Positions 18,008-26,521 of a stretch of 32,000 nucleotides of DNA are shown here, one piece after another. How positions within the stretch are numbered: position 1 is the stretch's first letter; every line of letters starts with the position of its first letter. The notes under the pieces were generated by a model, which was given only the letters and a program-made list of their open reading frames with translations, did no database searches and was not told the origin of the DNA. This DNA is from Xylanibacter ruminicola 23 (lineage in GTDB: Bacteria > Bacteroidota > Bacteroidia > Bacteroidales > Bacteroidaceae), in NCBI RefSeq assembly GCF_000025925.1, contig NC_014033.1:3060001-3092000 (forward strand). The letters are read 5' to 3'. Position numbers and translations under genes: made by a program.

Positions 18008-19032
18008 ACTCTAACGATGAGTTTCAGTATCTTTTGTAGTGCCCATGCCAAAGGGATGGTAATCACGATGGTGAGTAAGGCCGTAAGCCAGTATCCCAGA
18101 TGGTAGGGGATGAGGTAGGTCATCACAAAGTGATCGTGTATCAGATAGGCCTCCAGACTGAGGGCACCAAAGAAAGCGCAGAAGCTGTTGAACCATCGCG
18201 GCGTGCGACGGAACACACGGTTCAGCATCATAATCAGCGTGATGGTAAACGGTATGTATATCATACGCTCTACAAACAAGGGGAATCGTCCGTGCGAAAT
18301 CTGCTCCAGATACACACACGAACTGAAGGTAGCCACAAAGATAGCCACTATCATCCAGATGCCTGCACCATCAATCTTGGTTTGTTTTCGCACCAGTTCG
18401 CCGCAGTTAATGCCGATAAAGAAGATGGGCACGCGGCTCCAGAATATCTCGATATGCCCTACGGCCTGATGCAATGGGGCTATCCATTGCACCCAGATGC
18501 ACCATAGAATCATAACTACAGGCATCCATCGGTAAACGGGATGGCGCTGAATCAATCGCATGTAAGGCGGGGCCCAGAGGTAGAGCATCATAATGGCTGG
18601 GATATACCAGAAGGTGAGCTCGTCGTGCAACCAGAAGTCCCAGTTAATGGCGATGTCGCCAATCAGGTCGATATAATCGCCGTTTGTCCAGTCGAATCGT
18701 GGCAGATAGAAGAGCGATGCCATTACCAGCCAGGCAGGATAAATACGCAGCAGGCGGCGCTTGTAGAACTGCCACAAAGCTGGATTCTTTACCCACGAGA
18801 ACCAAAGGCCGATACCACTCAGGAACAGGAACATATCTACCCCCACATTACCACATCGCCTTAATCCGAAGAACTCGTTACTACGAGCCAGCGGCACGTG
18901 GAACAGGATGATGAACAGCATAGCTGCTCCCATCAATTCAGCGCGATAACGGCTAATGTTGGCCAGTTCTATATCCTTTATCTTCACAGTTTGGGACTTG
19001 GCAGTTGGTCTATCAGCTTCTTGAATAACCAC
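18004..19032 (-). CDS. Acyltransferase family 3 (membrane O-acyltransferase)
   Basis: It is polytopic, and 'RAELMGAAMLFIILFHV' is the N-terminal acyltransferase-3 signature. An alternative GTG start at 18987 would give a 4-nt GTGA overlap with the upstream stop instead of a 49-nt overlap. Confidence 0.8.
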   Translation of the reverse strand: MVIQEADRPTAKSQTVKIKDIELANISRYRAELMGAAMLFIILFHVPLARSNEFFGLRRCGNVGVDMFLFLSGIGLWFSWVKNPALWQFYKRRLLRIYPAWLVMASLFYLPRFDWTNGDYIDLIGDIAINWDFWLHDELTFWYIPAIMMLYLWAPPYMRLIQRHPVYRWMPVVMILWCIWVQWIAPLHQAVGHIEIFWSRVPIFFIGINCGELVRKQTKIDGAGIWMIVAIFVATFSSCVYLEQISHGRFPLFVERMIYIPFTITLIMMLNRVFRRTPRWFNSFCAFFGALSLEAYLIHDHFVMTYLIPYHLGYWLTALLTIVITIPLAWALQKILKLIVRV

Positions 19033-20072
19033 GAGAGGAACAGCGTTGCTACCACGTAGAGCAGCAACCCTGCATACATATCATCATAAATGTAAGGTCG
19101 CACAATGATTTTTCGAACCAGCGGATGGGCCACAAAGATAGCTGACGAGATACCACCCACCCAGACGCTGTACGACAGCATCCATTCGGGCATTACTTTT
19201 ACAAGTGCAATGGTGCCAACAACGATAAATGCAGGAACCCATAGCCAGCCTTGGAAGTTTGAACTCAAAGCTACGATGAGGGCAACAGCGAGTAATAAGG
19301 CTATAATATATTCCCAGTTAGGGAATATTTTGTTCCCAACGTGGGAATGTTTTGTTCCCAACGTGGGAATAATTGTTGGTATTCTAGCTGCCAACAAGCC
19401 TAAGCCGAAAGGCAGCACGCCGCCAATCAAGTTATAACGTAATCGCTCCAGCAAAACAGCATCGTCCTGGCAGGAAAGTTGCCACAACCAGCACAGAACT
19501 ATCATACCTGCAACTACACCCCAGTGGCGCCAGCGATAAAGTACCAGGCGATAGAAAATGTAAAGCTGCAAGGTAATGCTGAAGTACCAGTAAGGACCAG
19601 GCCAAACCACATGCGAGGGATCCTCGAACAGGTTGGCAAACATGCCCAGCATACCAACCACCGCTGTCCAGGTATAGCGATGCATGCCTGGGGTGATGGC
19701 ATCGAGCAAGATAAAGGCCACAAAGCCTACGATAAAAATGCGGAACAACTTAAGATAGTTGTAGCGTACAAATCGCCACAAACCTACCTCGGGTAACTTG
19801 CCCTGTTCGTATTTCTTAACCAGTCCGTAACCACTCAGAAAGAGGAATACGGGCACGCCATAGTGGCCGAAGAACGACACCAGATGCATGGGTAACTGTT
19901 CATCTGGATTAAGAGTGAGGCGCCACAGCTCATCGAACTTGAATTGTTGCCAGGTATATTCGTTCTCTCTCACGATGCCCCTGAGCCAGTGGCAATAGTT
20001 GTGCAGCATGATGGCCAGGATGGCAACACCACGCATGGCAGAACACTCTTTTCTTGATAACAGTTCTTTCAT
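18984..20072 (-). CDS. Acyltransferase family 3 (membrane O-acyltransferase), second paralogous-type gene
   Basis: 'MRGVAILAIMLHNYCHW' and the C-terminal 'GGISSAIFVAHPLV' fit the family, and the protein is polytopic. It forms an ATGA overlap with the upstream gene. Confidence 0.8.
   Translation of the reverse strand: MKELLSRKECSAMRGVAILAIMLHNYCHWLRGIVRENEYTWQQFKFDELWRLTLNPDEQLPMHLVSFFGHYGVPVFLFLSGYGLVKKYEQGKLPEVGLWRFVRYNYLKLFRIFIVGFVAFILLDAITPGMHRYTWTAVVGMLGMFANLFEDPSHVVWPGPYWYFSITLQLYIFYRLVLYRWRHWGVVAGMIVLCWLWQLSCQDDAVLLERLRYNLIGGVLPFGLGLLAARIPTIIPTLGTKHSHVGNKIFPNWEYIIALLLAVALIVALSSNFQGWLWVPAFIVVGTIALVKVMPEWMLSYSVWVGGISSAIFVAHPLVRKIIVRPYIYDDMYAGLLLYVVATLFLSWLFKKLIDQLPSPKL
19308..19370. repeat. 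Three phased palindromes (TTCCC-N-GGGAA cores) including a 21/22-bp perfect tandem duplication, inside the acyltransferase ORF
   Basis: The units are ATATTCCC-agtta-GGGAATAT (19308-19328), TTCCCA-acg-TGGGAA (19333-19347) and TTCCCA-acg-TGGGAA (19355-19369). Their centres at 19318, 19340 and 19362 are exactly 22 bp apart. The 21-mer TTTTGTTCCCAACGTGGGAAT occurs at both 19328-19348 and 19350-19370. Confidence 0.8.
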
Positions 20073-21907
20073 TGCTTCTTTAACTGGTTATAATCTGTTA
20101 CGCCTTTCAGGATACGTGGACGTTTGGTGTCGTAAGCCGGACTCACGATGTTATACTGCTCGTGATAGAGAGGCGAGGCAATACCGCCAAAGTACATCAG
20201 CAGGTGTGGCAGCACATCTGTCATCATCGGACGGTTTCTGGCCTCCTGGATAGCTGTCCAGCCGTATGGGTGGTTTTCGCGATACTTTGGCGATCCCCAT
20301 ATCCAGAACGGAATCTCCATCTCGTTGCGTGCCAGGCGGTAATCGATGTTGGCGCCATGCATACGTCCGTACATATATGGCTCGCCATCAAATATCTCTT
20401 CGGCATGATCGGGCATGTAGATTACTATAGCATCCTTATCGGCAAAGCGCTGGGTAACTGCCCATACAATCGAGTCGTTATAACGTACAGAGTTGTCGTA
20501 ATCGGCCAGAATCATACGCTGTTTTTTGGTAAGTTCAGGACGATTGTACATATCCTCCTTCAGATACTTATGGGTAGCATTCTGCGGATATCGCGACTTG
20601 TACATCAGGTGCGAACCCATCAGATGCAGGATAATCAGATTATGCTCCTTATCCTCCTTCTTCAGACGGTCGTACTCCTGCAGCACGCCCTCGTCATAAG
20701 GATAAAGACGGGTGTTACGTGTATCAAACAACTTTTTGCTCAGATCAGGATTGTTCAGGAAGAAACCTCCGCTGAAGTCGTAAACAGCCTCGTTAGCCTT
20801 CGACTGGAACTGGTTGGTGATAAACGTAACGTGATAGCCTGCCTTGCGGAATACTTCTGGGAAGAGTGGTTTATCGCACCATTCCTCTTTTTCGCCGATG
20901 GCCTGCAGCGACAGGATGTTCTTGAACACAAAACTGGTAAGATTCCAGGGTGCTACCACATCGGTAAATGGTACCAGCGTGCCCTCTTGTGCCAAAGCCT
21001 TCTGCTTGGGTGTGGTGGGCATGTTGTAGCCATACAGCTGCGAGTGGTGCTTGTTGTAGCTCTCGCCGATAATCAATACGATGTTAGGCACACGATAACT
21101 ACAGCTATCTATCTGCACCTTCTCGCTGGCAGCTTCGAGCTGTACTAACTGGTTGTCGGCCAGGTGGTTGGCGTACATGCTGAATACCAATCGGTAGATA
21201 GGTACATAGAATTCGGCCTTGTCCTTACGCGTAAGCTCGTGCTCCATCTGACCCACGGTGGTGTGGGTAAACATGCGGTGCATAGCCTCTTTGTTGGGCC
21301 AAACAAGTGTTACACAAGAGCAGAGTGCCCAAGCTACGATTACACCTACAATGGCGTTGTAGCCCTCGATAACAATGGGGGTCATCTTGGGCAGAATCAG
21401 CCTGTTGCTGAGATGTCTGGTCATTCGGCGAATCACCGTCCAAGCGATGTGCACCAGCGCCAAGAGCAGTACCCAGCCTACTTTTGATGTAACTACATCC
21501 CATGTAATATAGCCACGCAGAAACTCGCTGGCCTCCTGACCTGTGGTTTCGTTAGCCAGCATCAGCATGGTGGGGGTAAGAGTCGACTCAAAACGTACGT
21601 AGCAGTACATATCCACAATGGCTGTGGTGTATAGCAGGATGTAGAGTAGCGCTCGCACCCAATAGCGAACCTTTCGGGGTATCAGCGTAAGCACTACGCA
21701 TACGGCGTAGATATCCAGAAACAGTTCGGGTTCGGAAAACTGGTATGGTTCGGCACCTTTGCCTACCAGATAGACGGGCATCAGTTCCAGTTGTGTACAA
21801 ATCATTCCCAGCGCAAACATAAACACAAAGAATGCGCTGTTTTTCTGGATGGGCATAAACAGGGCGCCAATCCACTTTAATGGGTTTATTTTCAGTCCTT
21901 TAAGCAT
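20069..21907 (-). CDS. Phosphoethanolamine-transferase-like enzyme (N-terminal TM domain plus sulfatase/alkaline-phosphatase superfamily domain)
   Basis: The N-terminus has about 5 hydrophobic helices. It is followed by 'NIVLIIGESYNKHHSQLYGYNMPTTP', which is an EptA/CptA-type motif, and 'YMPDHAEE', which is a metal-binding-region motif. Confidence 0.8.
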   Translation of the reverse strand: MLKGLKINPLKWIGALFMPIQKNSAFFVFMFALGMICTQLELMPVYLVGKGAEPYQFSEPELFLDIYAVCVVLTLIPRKVRYWVRALLYILLYTTAIVDMYCYVRFESTLTPTMLMLANETTGQEASEFLRGYITWDVVTSKVGWVLLLALVHIAWTVIRRMTRHLSNRLILPKMTPIVIEGYNAIVGVIVAWALCSCVTLVWPNKEAMHRMFTHTTVGQMEHELTRKDKAEFYVPIYRLVFSMYANHLADNQLVQLEAASEKVQIDSCSYRVPNIVLIIGESYNKHHSQLYGYNMPTTPKQKALAQEGTLVPFTDVVAPWNLTSFVFKNILSLQAIGEKEEWCDKPLFPEVFRKAGYHVTFITNQFQSKANEAVYDFSGGFFLNNPDLSKKLFDTRNTRLYPYDEGVLQEYDRLKKEDKEHNLIILHLMGSHLMYKSRYPQNATHKYLKEDMYNRPELTKKQRMILADYDNSVRYNDSIVWAVTQRFADKDAIVIYMPDHAEEIFDGEPYMYGRMHGANIDYRLARNEMEIPFWIWGSPKYRENHPYGWTAIQEARNRPMMTDVLPHLLMYFGGIASPLYHEQYNIVSPAYDTKRPRILKGVTDYNQLKKQ

Positions 21908-22448
21908 AGAGTTCGTGTTCCTTTATATATTCAGCCACAGCCTTTGGCACCAGATGATTGATAGGCTTGCCTGCCTGGATGCACTCGCGTATTTCGGTGC
22001 TCGAAATGTCGATGAGGTCGAGTCCGTCGATACCACCTTCGCAACCACGACGGGGATAAACGATAATCTGGTACTGATTGCGGATATCATCGGCACGATA
22101 CCACTTGTCAAACAGCTGCCAGTTGTCGCCACCTATCATCAGTACAAACTCGCGGTCGGGATAATCTCGCTTCAGGGCCTCGAGTGTGTTCCAGGTGTAC
22201 GATGGTTTGGGCAGATGCATCTCGTAGTCGCTGGCTATGATGCCAGTTTCGCCTTCAACAGCCAGGCGGGCCATCTCCATGCGTATCTGGTCGTCCAGCA
22301 AATCGGCTTGGGCTTTCAGGGGGTTCTGTGGCGAAACCATCAGCCACACTTCGTCGAGCCCAGCTTTTTCACAAAGCTGACGAGCCAACGAAATGTGACC
22401 GTTATGAATGGGATTGAACGATCCGCCAAAAATCCCCGTTCTTATCAT
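21900..22448 (-). CDS. nadD: Nicotinate-nucleotide adenylyltransferase
   Basis: 'GIFGGSFNPIHNGHI' is the (H/T)xGH nucleotidyltransferase motif. The protein is 182 aa, and 'ISSTEIR' is present near the C-terminus. Confidence 0.92.
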   Translation of the reverse strand: MIRTGIFGGSFNPIHNGHISLARQLCEKAGLDEVWLMVSPQNPLKAQADLLDDQIRMEMARLAVEGETGIIASDYEMHLPKPSYTWNTLEALKRDYPDREFVLMIGGDNWQLFDKWYRADDIRNQYQIIVYPRRGCEGGIDGLDLIDISSTEIRECIQAGKPINHLVPKAVAEYIKEHELYA

Positions 22449-23023
22449 TCGATATCTAAAAAATCCTTGATTATTTCCAAAGCATCAGCCTCGGCATATT
22501 CCAACTTGTCGTTGATAACCACCTTATCGAACTTATCGGCAAACGAGAGTTCGAACTCGGCACGGGCAATACGCTGGTCGATAACCTCGGGGGCATCTGT
22601 TGCACGACCTTCCAATCGTTTGCGAAGTTCGTTGATTGATGGGGGCTGGATAAACAGGCTCAGCGCCTTGTCGCCATAGAATTTCTTGATGTTTACGCCA
22701 CCTTTCACGTCAACGTCGAACACCACGTTCTGTCCAGCTTCCAACTGGTTCTCAACCTGCGACTTCAGCGTGCCGTAAAAGCGGTCGGTATATACCTCCT
22801 CGTACTCCAGGAATTCGTCGTTCTCAATACGCTGGCGGAATTCCTCTGGTGTCAGGAAGAAATAGTCTACCCCGTTCTGCTCTGTGCCGCGAGGAGCTCG
22901 CGATGTGCACGAGATAGAGTAGGCCAGATTCAGTTCCTTGTGCTCTCTCATCAGCCATGAGATAATGGTACTCTTGCCTGTGCCCGATGGAGCCGATATA
23001 ATAATTAATTTACCTTTTGCCAT
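22445..23023 (-). CDS. gmk: Guanylate kinase
   Basis: It has a P-loop 'ISAPSGTGKST' and the motifs 'TSRAPRGTEQNGVDYFF' and 'EYEEVY'. Confidence 0.95.
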   Translation of the reverse strand: MAKGKLIIISAPSGTGKSTIISWLMREHKELNLAYSISCTSRAPRGTEQNGVDYFFLTPEEFRQRIENDEFLEYEEVYTDRFYGTLKSQVENQLEAGQNVVFDVDVKGGVNIKKFYGDKALSLFIQPPSINELRKRLEGRATDAPEVIDQRIARAEFELSFADKFDKVVINDKLEYAEADALEIIKDFLDIE

Positions 23024-23026
23024 CGT

Positions 23027-23902
23027 TTAAAGTGCGTTAAGAACCTGTTCCTTAATCTGCTCCAGCTCGTCCTTCATCTTAACCACGATGTTCTGCATCT
23101 CGGCCTGATTACTCTTCGAACCGGTTGTGTTAATCTCACGACCCATCTCCTGAGCGATAAAGCCCAGCTTCTTACCCTGTCCGGCAGGCTCGTTCATGGT
23201 GTCGCGGAAATACTTCAGGTGGTTGGTCAGTCGCTGCTTCTCCTCGCTGATGTCCAGCTTCTCAATATAGTAAATCAGCTCCTGCTCCAAGCGGTTCTTA
23301 TCATAGTCGGCTGTTGGAATCTGCTGCAAGCCATCTATGATACGTGCCTTAATCTTCTGAACACGACTCTTCTCGTATGGCTCAATCTCGCCCATCAGCT
23401 TGGCAATATTGTCAATCTTCTCAGTAAACTTCTTCTGCAAGGCAGCACCCTCTTGAGTACGGAAGTCAACCAGGTTCTTCAGGGCCTCGGCTACACCGCC
23501 TTTCACTACCTTCCACTCCTCGTCGTCCAGCTCTTCAACATCAGTCTTAGTCATTACGTCTGGCATGCGGAGCAGGGTATAGAACCAATCCTCAGGAGTT
23601 GGAATACCAGTCTTGTCGGCGATGGCCTTAATCTGCTGGTAGTAGTTTTCAACCAGCTGTGCGTTGATAGGGGTTGGATCTACCGATGTATCCTTCTCAA
23701 CCCAAACGCTCATGTCCACTTTTCCGCGAATCAGAGCCTCTGCCACCATCTGGCGCATCTCCATCTCTTTCTCACGATAGAGAGGTGCAATACGTGTGTT
23801 CAAGTCGAGCTGTTTTGAGTTCAGCGACTTGATTTCTACGTGAATTTTCTTCTCCTTAAATGCCACGACCGCCTTGCCGTAGCCTGTCATCGATTGTATC
23901 AT
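23027..23902 (-). CDS. yicC: YicC/YloC-family stress-induced protein
   Basis: It has the N-terminal 'MIQSMTGYG' and the C-terminal DUF1732-type 'EMGREINTTGSKSN' motif. Confidence 0.9.
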   Translation of the reverse strand: MIQSMTGYGKAVVAFKEKKIHVEIKSLNSKQLDLNTRIAPLYREKEMEMRQMVAEALIRGKVDMSVWVEKDTSVDPTPINAQLVENYYQQIKAIADKTGIPTPEDWFYTLLRMPDVMTKTDVEELDDEEWKVVKGGVAEALKNLVDFRTQEGAALQKKFTEKIDNIAKLMGEIEPYEKSRVQKIKARIIDGLQQIPTADYDKNRLEQELIYYIEKLDISEEKQRLTNHLKYFRDTMNEPAGQGKKLGFIAQEMGREINTTGSKSNQAEMQNIVVKMKDELEQIKEQVLNAL

Positions 23903-23930
23903 GCTATACCTATTTAATAATATTTGGCTG

Positions 23931-23938
23931 CAAAATTA
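23931..23938 (-). promoter_or_regulatory. Bacteroidetes-type -7 element (TAATTTTG on the minus strand) for the yicC operon
   Basis: The plus strand reads CAAAATTA at 23931-23938, about 29 nt upstream of the yicC ATG at 23902. Confidence 0.4.
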
Positions 23939-23990
23939 CAAATAACTGCGTAAAAAACCAAATAAAAATGCTTTTTTCCGAATATTTGAT

Positions 23991-23998
23991 TATCTTTG
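23991..23998 (+). promoter_or_regulatory. Bacteroidetes-type -7 element (TATCTTTG) upstream of the phosphatase gene
   Basis: It matches TAnnTTTG, 28 nt upstream of the ATG at 24026. Confidence 0.4.
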
Positions 23999-24025
23999 CA
24001 CATCAATATCAAACAATAAAGGATT

Positions 24026-25363
24026 ATGAAACGAAAACTATTAATTCTGGCCATCGGTTTTTCGATGACTTTGCAGGCGCAAGGGCTACGGGTAGGCGAG
24101 CAAGGCTCAGGGATGAATGCACCTGTTTTTGAGACTTCGGCTAAAGATGAGATTGCAACAAATCGTTTTTTGGCAGGTAGTAACTATTTGGATTACGATC
24201 GTCAACTTACTGACAAGGCGCTGACGCCCGCTCCTAAGAATTATGAACCTTACTATATGAGTCATTATGGTCGTCATGGATCGCGTTGGCTCATCAGCGA
24301 TGGCAATTACTCAAAACCCCTTGCAACGCTGAAGGCAGCTAAGGAGCAAGGGAAACTTACGCCATTAGGTGAGAAAACACTCGCAACTATCGAAGCTATC
24401 TACACTACAGCCCATAAACGTTTAGGCGATTTGACTGCTGTCGGTGAACGTCAGCATCATGGTATCGGAAAGCGCATGGTGCAGCATTTTCCTGAGATTT
24501 TCAAAACCAAGAATCTAAAGATAGATGCCCGTAGCACCACGGTGAACCGTTGTATTCTGTCGATGATTGCTGAGTGCGAAGAGCTGGCTGCTGCTAATCC
24601 TACAGCCCAGATTCATAACGATGTAAGCGAGAGTCTGCAGTACTATCTCAATCAGCCTTGGGATGGACTGGTAGCGAAACTTGGACGCACCACTGGCGAT
24701 AAGGAAGAGCGCGAATATGCCTATAAGTACACCCACCCAGAGCGCTTGATGAAAGCGTTGTTTAACGACGAGGCCTACGTATATAATAATGTGAATGCAG
24801 GTTCGCTGATGCGCCAGCTGTTCCATGTGGCTTGCAATATGCAGAGTCACGACACCGATCTGGAGCTCTTCTCGCTGTTTACCGATGAGGAGGTTTACGA
24901 CCAGTGGCGTCAGAAGAATGTAGGTTGGTATCTCGATTATGGTGCATCGCCTGTTTCGGGTGGTAAGATGCCTTTCAGTCAGCTTAATCTGCTGAAGAAC
25001 ATCATAGCTACTGCCGACACCGTTACTCAGACACAGGCCACTTTGCGATTTGGCCACGAGGTTTGTGTAATGCCTCTGGCTTGTTTGTTGGAGTTGGATA
25101 ACTGCGGCATGGTTGTGAACAATCTCGATGAACTCGATAAGTATTGGCGTAACTATCGCATTTTCCCCATGGGCTGCAATATCCAGCTGATATTCTATCG
25201 CCCCAAAAAGGGAAAGACTGGCGATATTCTTGTAAAGGCCCTGCTGAACGAGCGCGAGGCCTATCTGCCTATCAAGACCAACCAGTGGCCTTACTATAAC
25301 TGGCAGGAGCTACGTACATATTATAAAAATAAGATTGCCGCCTTTGAAGCAGAAAACAAGTAA
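24026..25363 (+). CDS. Secreted histidine-type (acid) phosphatase, phytase/MINPP-like
   Basis: It has a signal peptide (MKRKLLILAIGFSMTLQAQ), the catalytic 'RHGSR' motif (HYGRHGSRW) and a downstream 'HD' (QSHDTD). Confidence 0.8.
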   Translation: MKRKLLILAIGFSMTLQAQGLRVGEQGSGMNAPVFETSAKDEIATNRFLAGSNYLDYDRQLTDKALTPAPKNYEPYYMSHYGRHGSRWLISDGNYSKPLATLKAAKEQGKLTPLGEKTLATIEAIYTTAHKRLGDLTAVGERQHHGIGKRMVQHFPEIFKTKNLKIDARSTTVNRCILSMIAECEELAAANPTAQIHNDVSESLQYYLNQPWDGLVAKLGRTTGDKEEREYAYKYTHPERLMKALFNDEAYVYNNVNAGSLMRQLFHVACNMQSHDTDLELFSLFTDEEVYDQWRQKNVGWYLDYGASPVSGGKMPFSQLNLLKNIIATADTVTQTQATLRFGHEVCVMPLACLLELDNCGMVVNNLDELDKYWRNYRIFPMGCNIQLIFYRPKKGKTGDILVKALLNEREAYLPIKTNQWPYYNWQELRTYYKNKIAAFEAENK

Positions 25364-25415
25364 CATCTGTTAAAAATCCATATTTATAGGGATTGCACAG
25401 CTTTTTGATTTGTCG

Positions 25416-25423
25416 TACCTTTG
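25416..25423 (+). promoter_or_regulatory. Bacteroidetes-type -7 element (TACCTTTG) upstream of hemE
   Basis: It matches TAnnTTTG, 51 nt upstream of the ATG at 25474. Confidence 0.4.
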
Positions 25424-25473
25424 CACCCGAAATAAGTTAAAGGTGTTTAGGAACACAAGAATTAATAATAAAT

Positions 25474-26499
25474 ATGTATAGCAATCCCTTCTTTGCGGTT
25501 ATCAATCACCAACCAGCCTGTCGCCCTCCAGTATGGATGATGCGACAGGCTGGTCGCGTATTACCCCGTTATCGCCAGCTCACTAAGATGCTGCCTTTCC
25601 GTACCATCATGTCGTATGCCAATCTGGCTGCCGAGGTTACCTTGATGCCAATTGACGATATGGGTATGGATGCTGCCATCTTGTTTAGCGATATCTTGGT
25701 AATCCCTGAGGCGTTGGGCGTCAAGGTGGAATGGACCAACGAAGGGCCTGCTTTTCCCCATCCGCTGATGGATGTAGAGCATCCTGCGGCAGAATTAAGC
25801 TTTAGCCCCTCGCATCTTAATCATGTGGCCGATACGCTGGATGAGATTATGGGCCAGAAAAGGGCCGATACACCTGTGATTGGTTTTTGTGGTGGCCCGC
25901 TTACCTGCTTGTGTTACATGTTGGGTGGTCGCGACAAGACGATGCAGTTTACCGATGTGGTACGCTATCTCTACACCCATCGCGAGGAATCGCTCCAGTT
26001 GCTCGATGCCATCACCAGCGCCAGCGAGACTTATGTGCATTTGCAAGCAGCTCATGGTATCGATACCTTCCAGATATTCGAGTCGTTTGCTGGTGTGATA
26101 TCTGCCGAGCTTTATCAGGATATGATTATGCCCTTTGTGCGCCGTATCACAGCTGCTGTAAGGCAGCATGGCTTGCCTATTATCTTCTTCCCCAAGGGAT
26201 TTGGGGCTGGCCTGCAGATGCTCACCCCTGAGGATTGTGATTTTGTAAGTATCGATTGGCAGACACCCTTGTTGGTGGCTCGTCATCTGGTTAATCCGGC
26301 CATAGGTATTCAGGGCAATATGGATCCACGTATACTGTTTGCCCCTCAGGCTGTTATCGAGCAGCATCTGCAGCAGTATCTGGCTTTCTTCCGAGAGCAT
26401 CCCAATTATATCTTTAATCTGGGTCATGGCGTTCACAAGGATACGCCATTGGAGAATGTACAGTTCGTAACAGAATGGTTCAGACAAGCACAAAAATAA
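25474..26499 (+). CDS. hemE: Uroporphyrinogen decarboxylase
   Basis: 'PPVWMMRQAGRVLPRYR' is the URO-D signature 1. 'FESFAG' and the C-terminal 'IFNLGHGV' are also present. Confidence 0.9.
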   Translation: MYSNPFFAVINHQPACRPPVWMMRQAGRVLPRYRQLTKMLPFRTIMSYANLAAEVTLMPIDDMGMDAAILFSDILVIPEALGVKVEWTNEGPAFPHPLMDVEHPAAELSFSPSHLNHVADTLDEIMGQKRADTPVIGFCGGPLTCLCYMLGGRDKTMQFTDVVRYLYTHREESLQLLDAITSASETYVHLQAAHGIDTFQIFESFAGVISAELYQDMIMPFVRRITAAVRQHGLPIIFFPKGFGAGLQMLTPEDCDFVSIDWQTPLLVARHLVNPAIGIQGNMDPRILFAPQAVIEQHLQQYLAFFREHPNYIFNLGHGVHKDTPLENVQFVTEWFRQAQK

Positions 26500-26521
26500 T
26501 CATTATAAATTAACAAAAGGT

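Noticed and set aside
20162-21148. Long antisense ORFs inside well-supported genes. Examples: 20162-21148 (+, 328 aa), 21849-22679 (+, 276 aa), 385-1065 (-, 226 aa), 1809-2471 (-), 9907-10494 (-), 23219-23818 (+), 24515-25057 (-), 25795-26493 (-) and 31029-31661 (+).
   Set aside because: Each lies entirely antisense to a gene with clear family motifs. Their translations are low-complexity or biased (rich in L/V/H/Q) with no recognisable motif or signal. Such shadow ORFs are expected opposite genes with strong codon bias.
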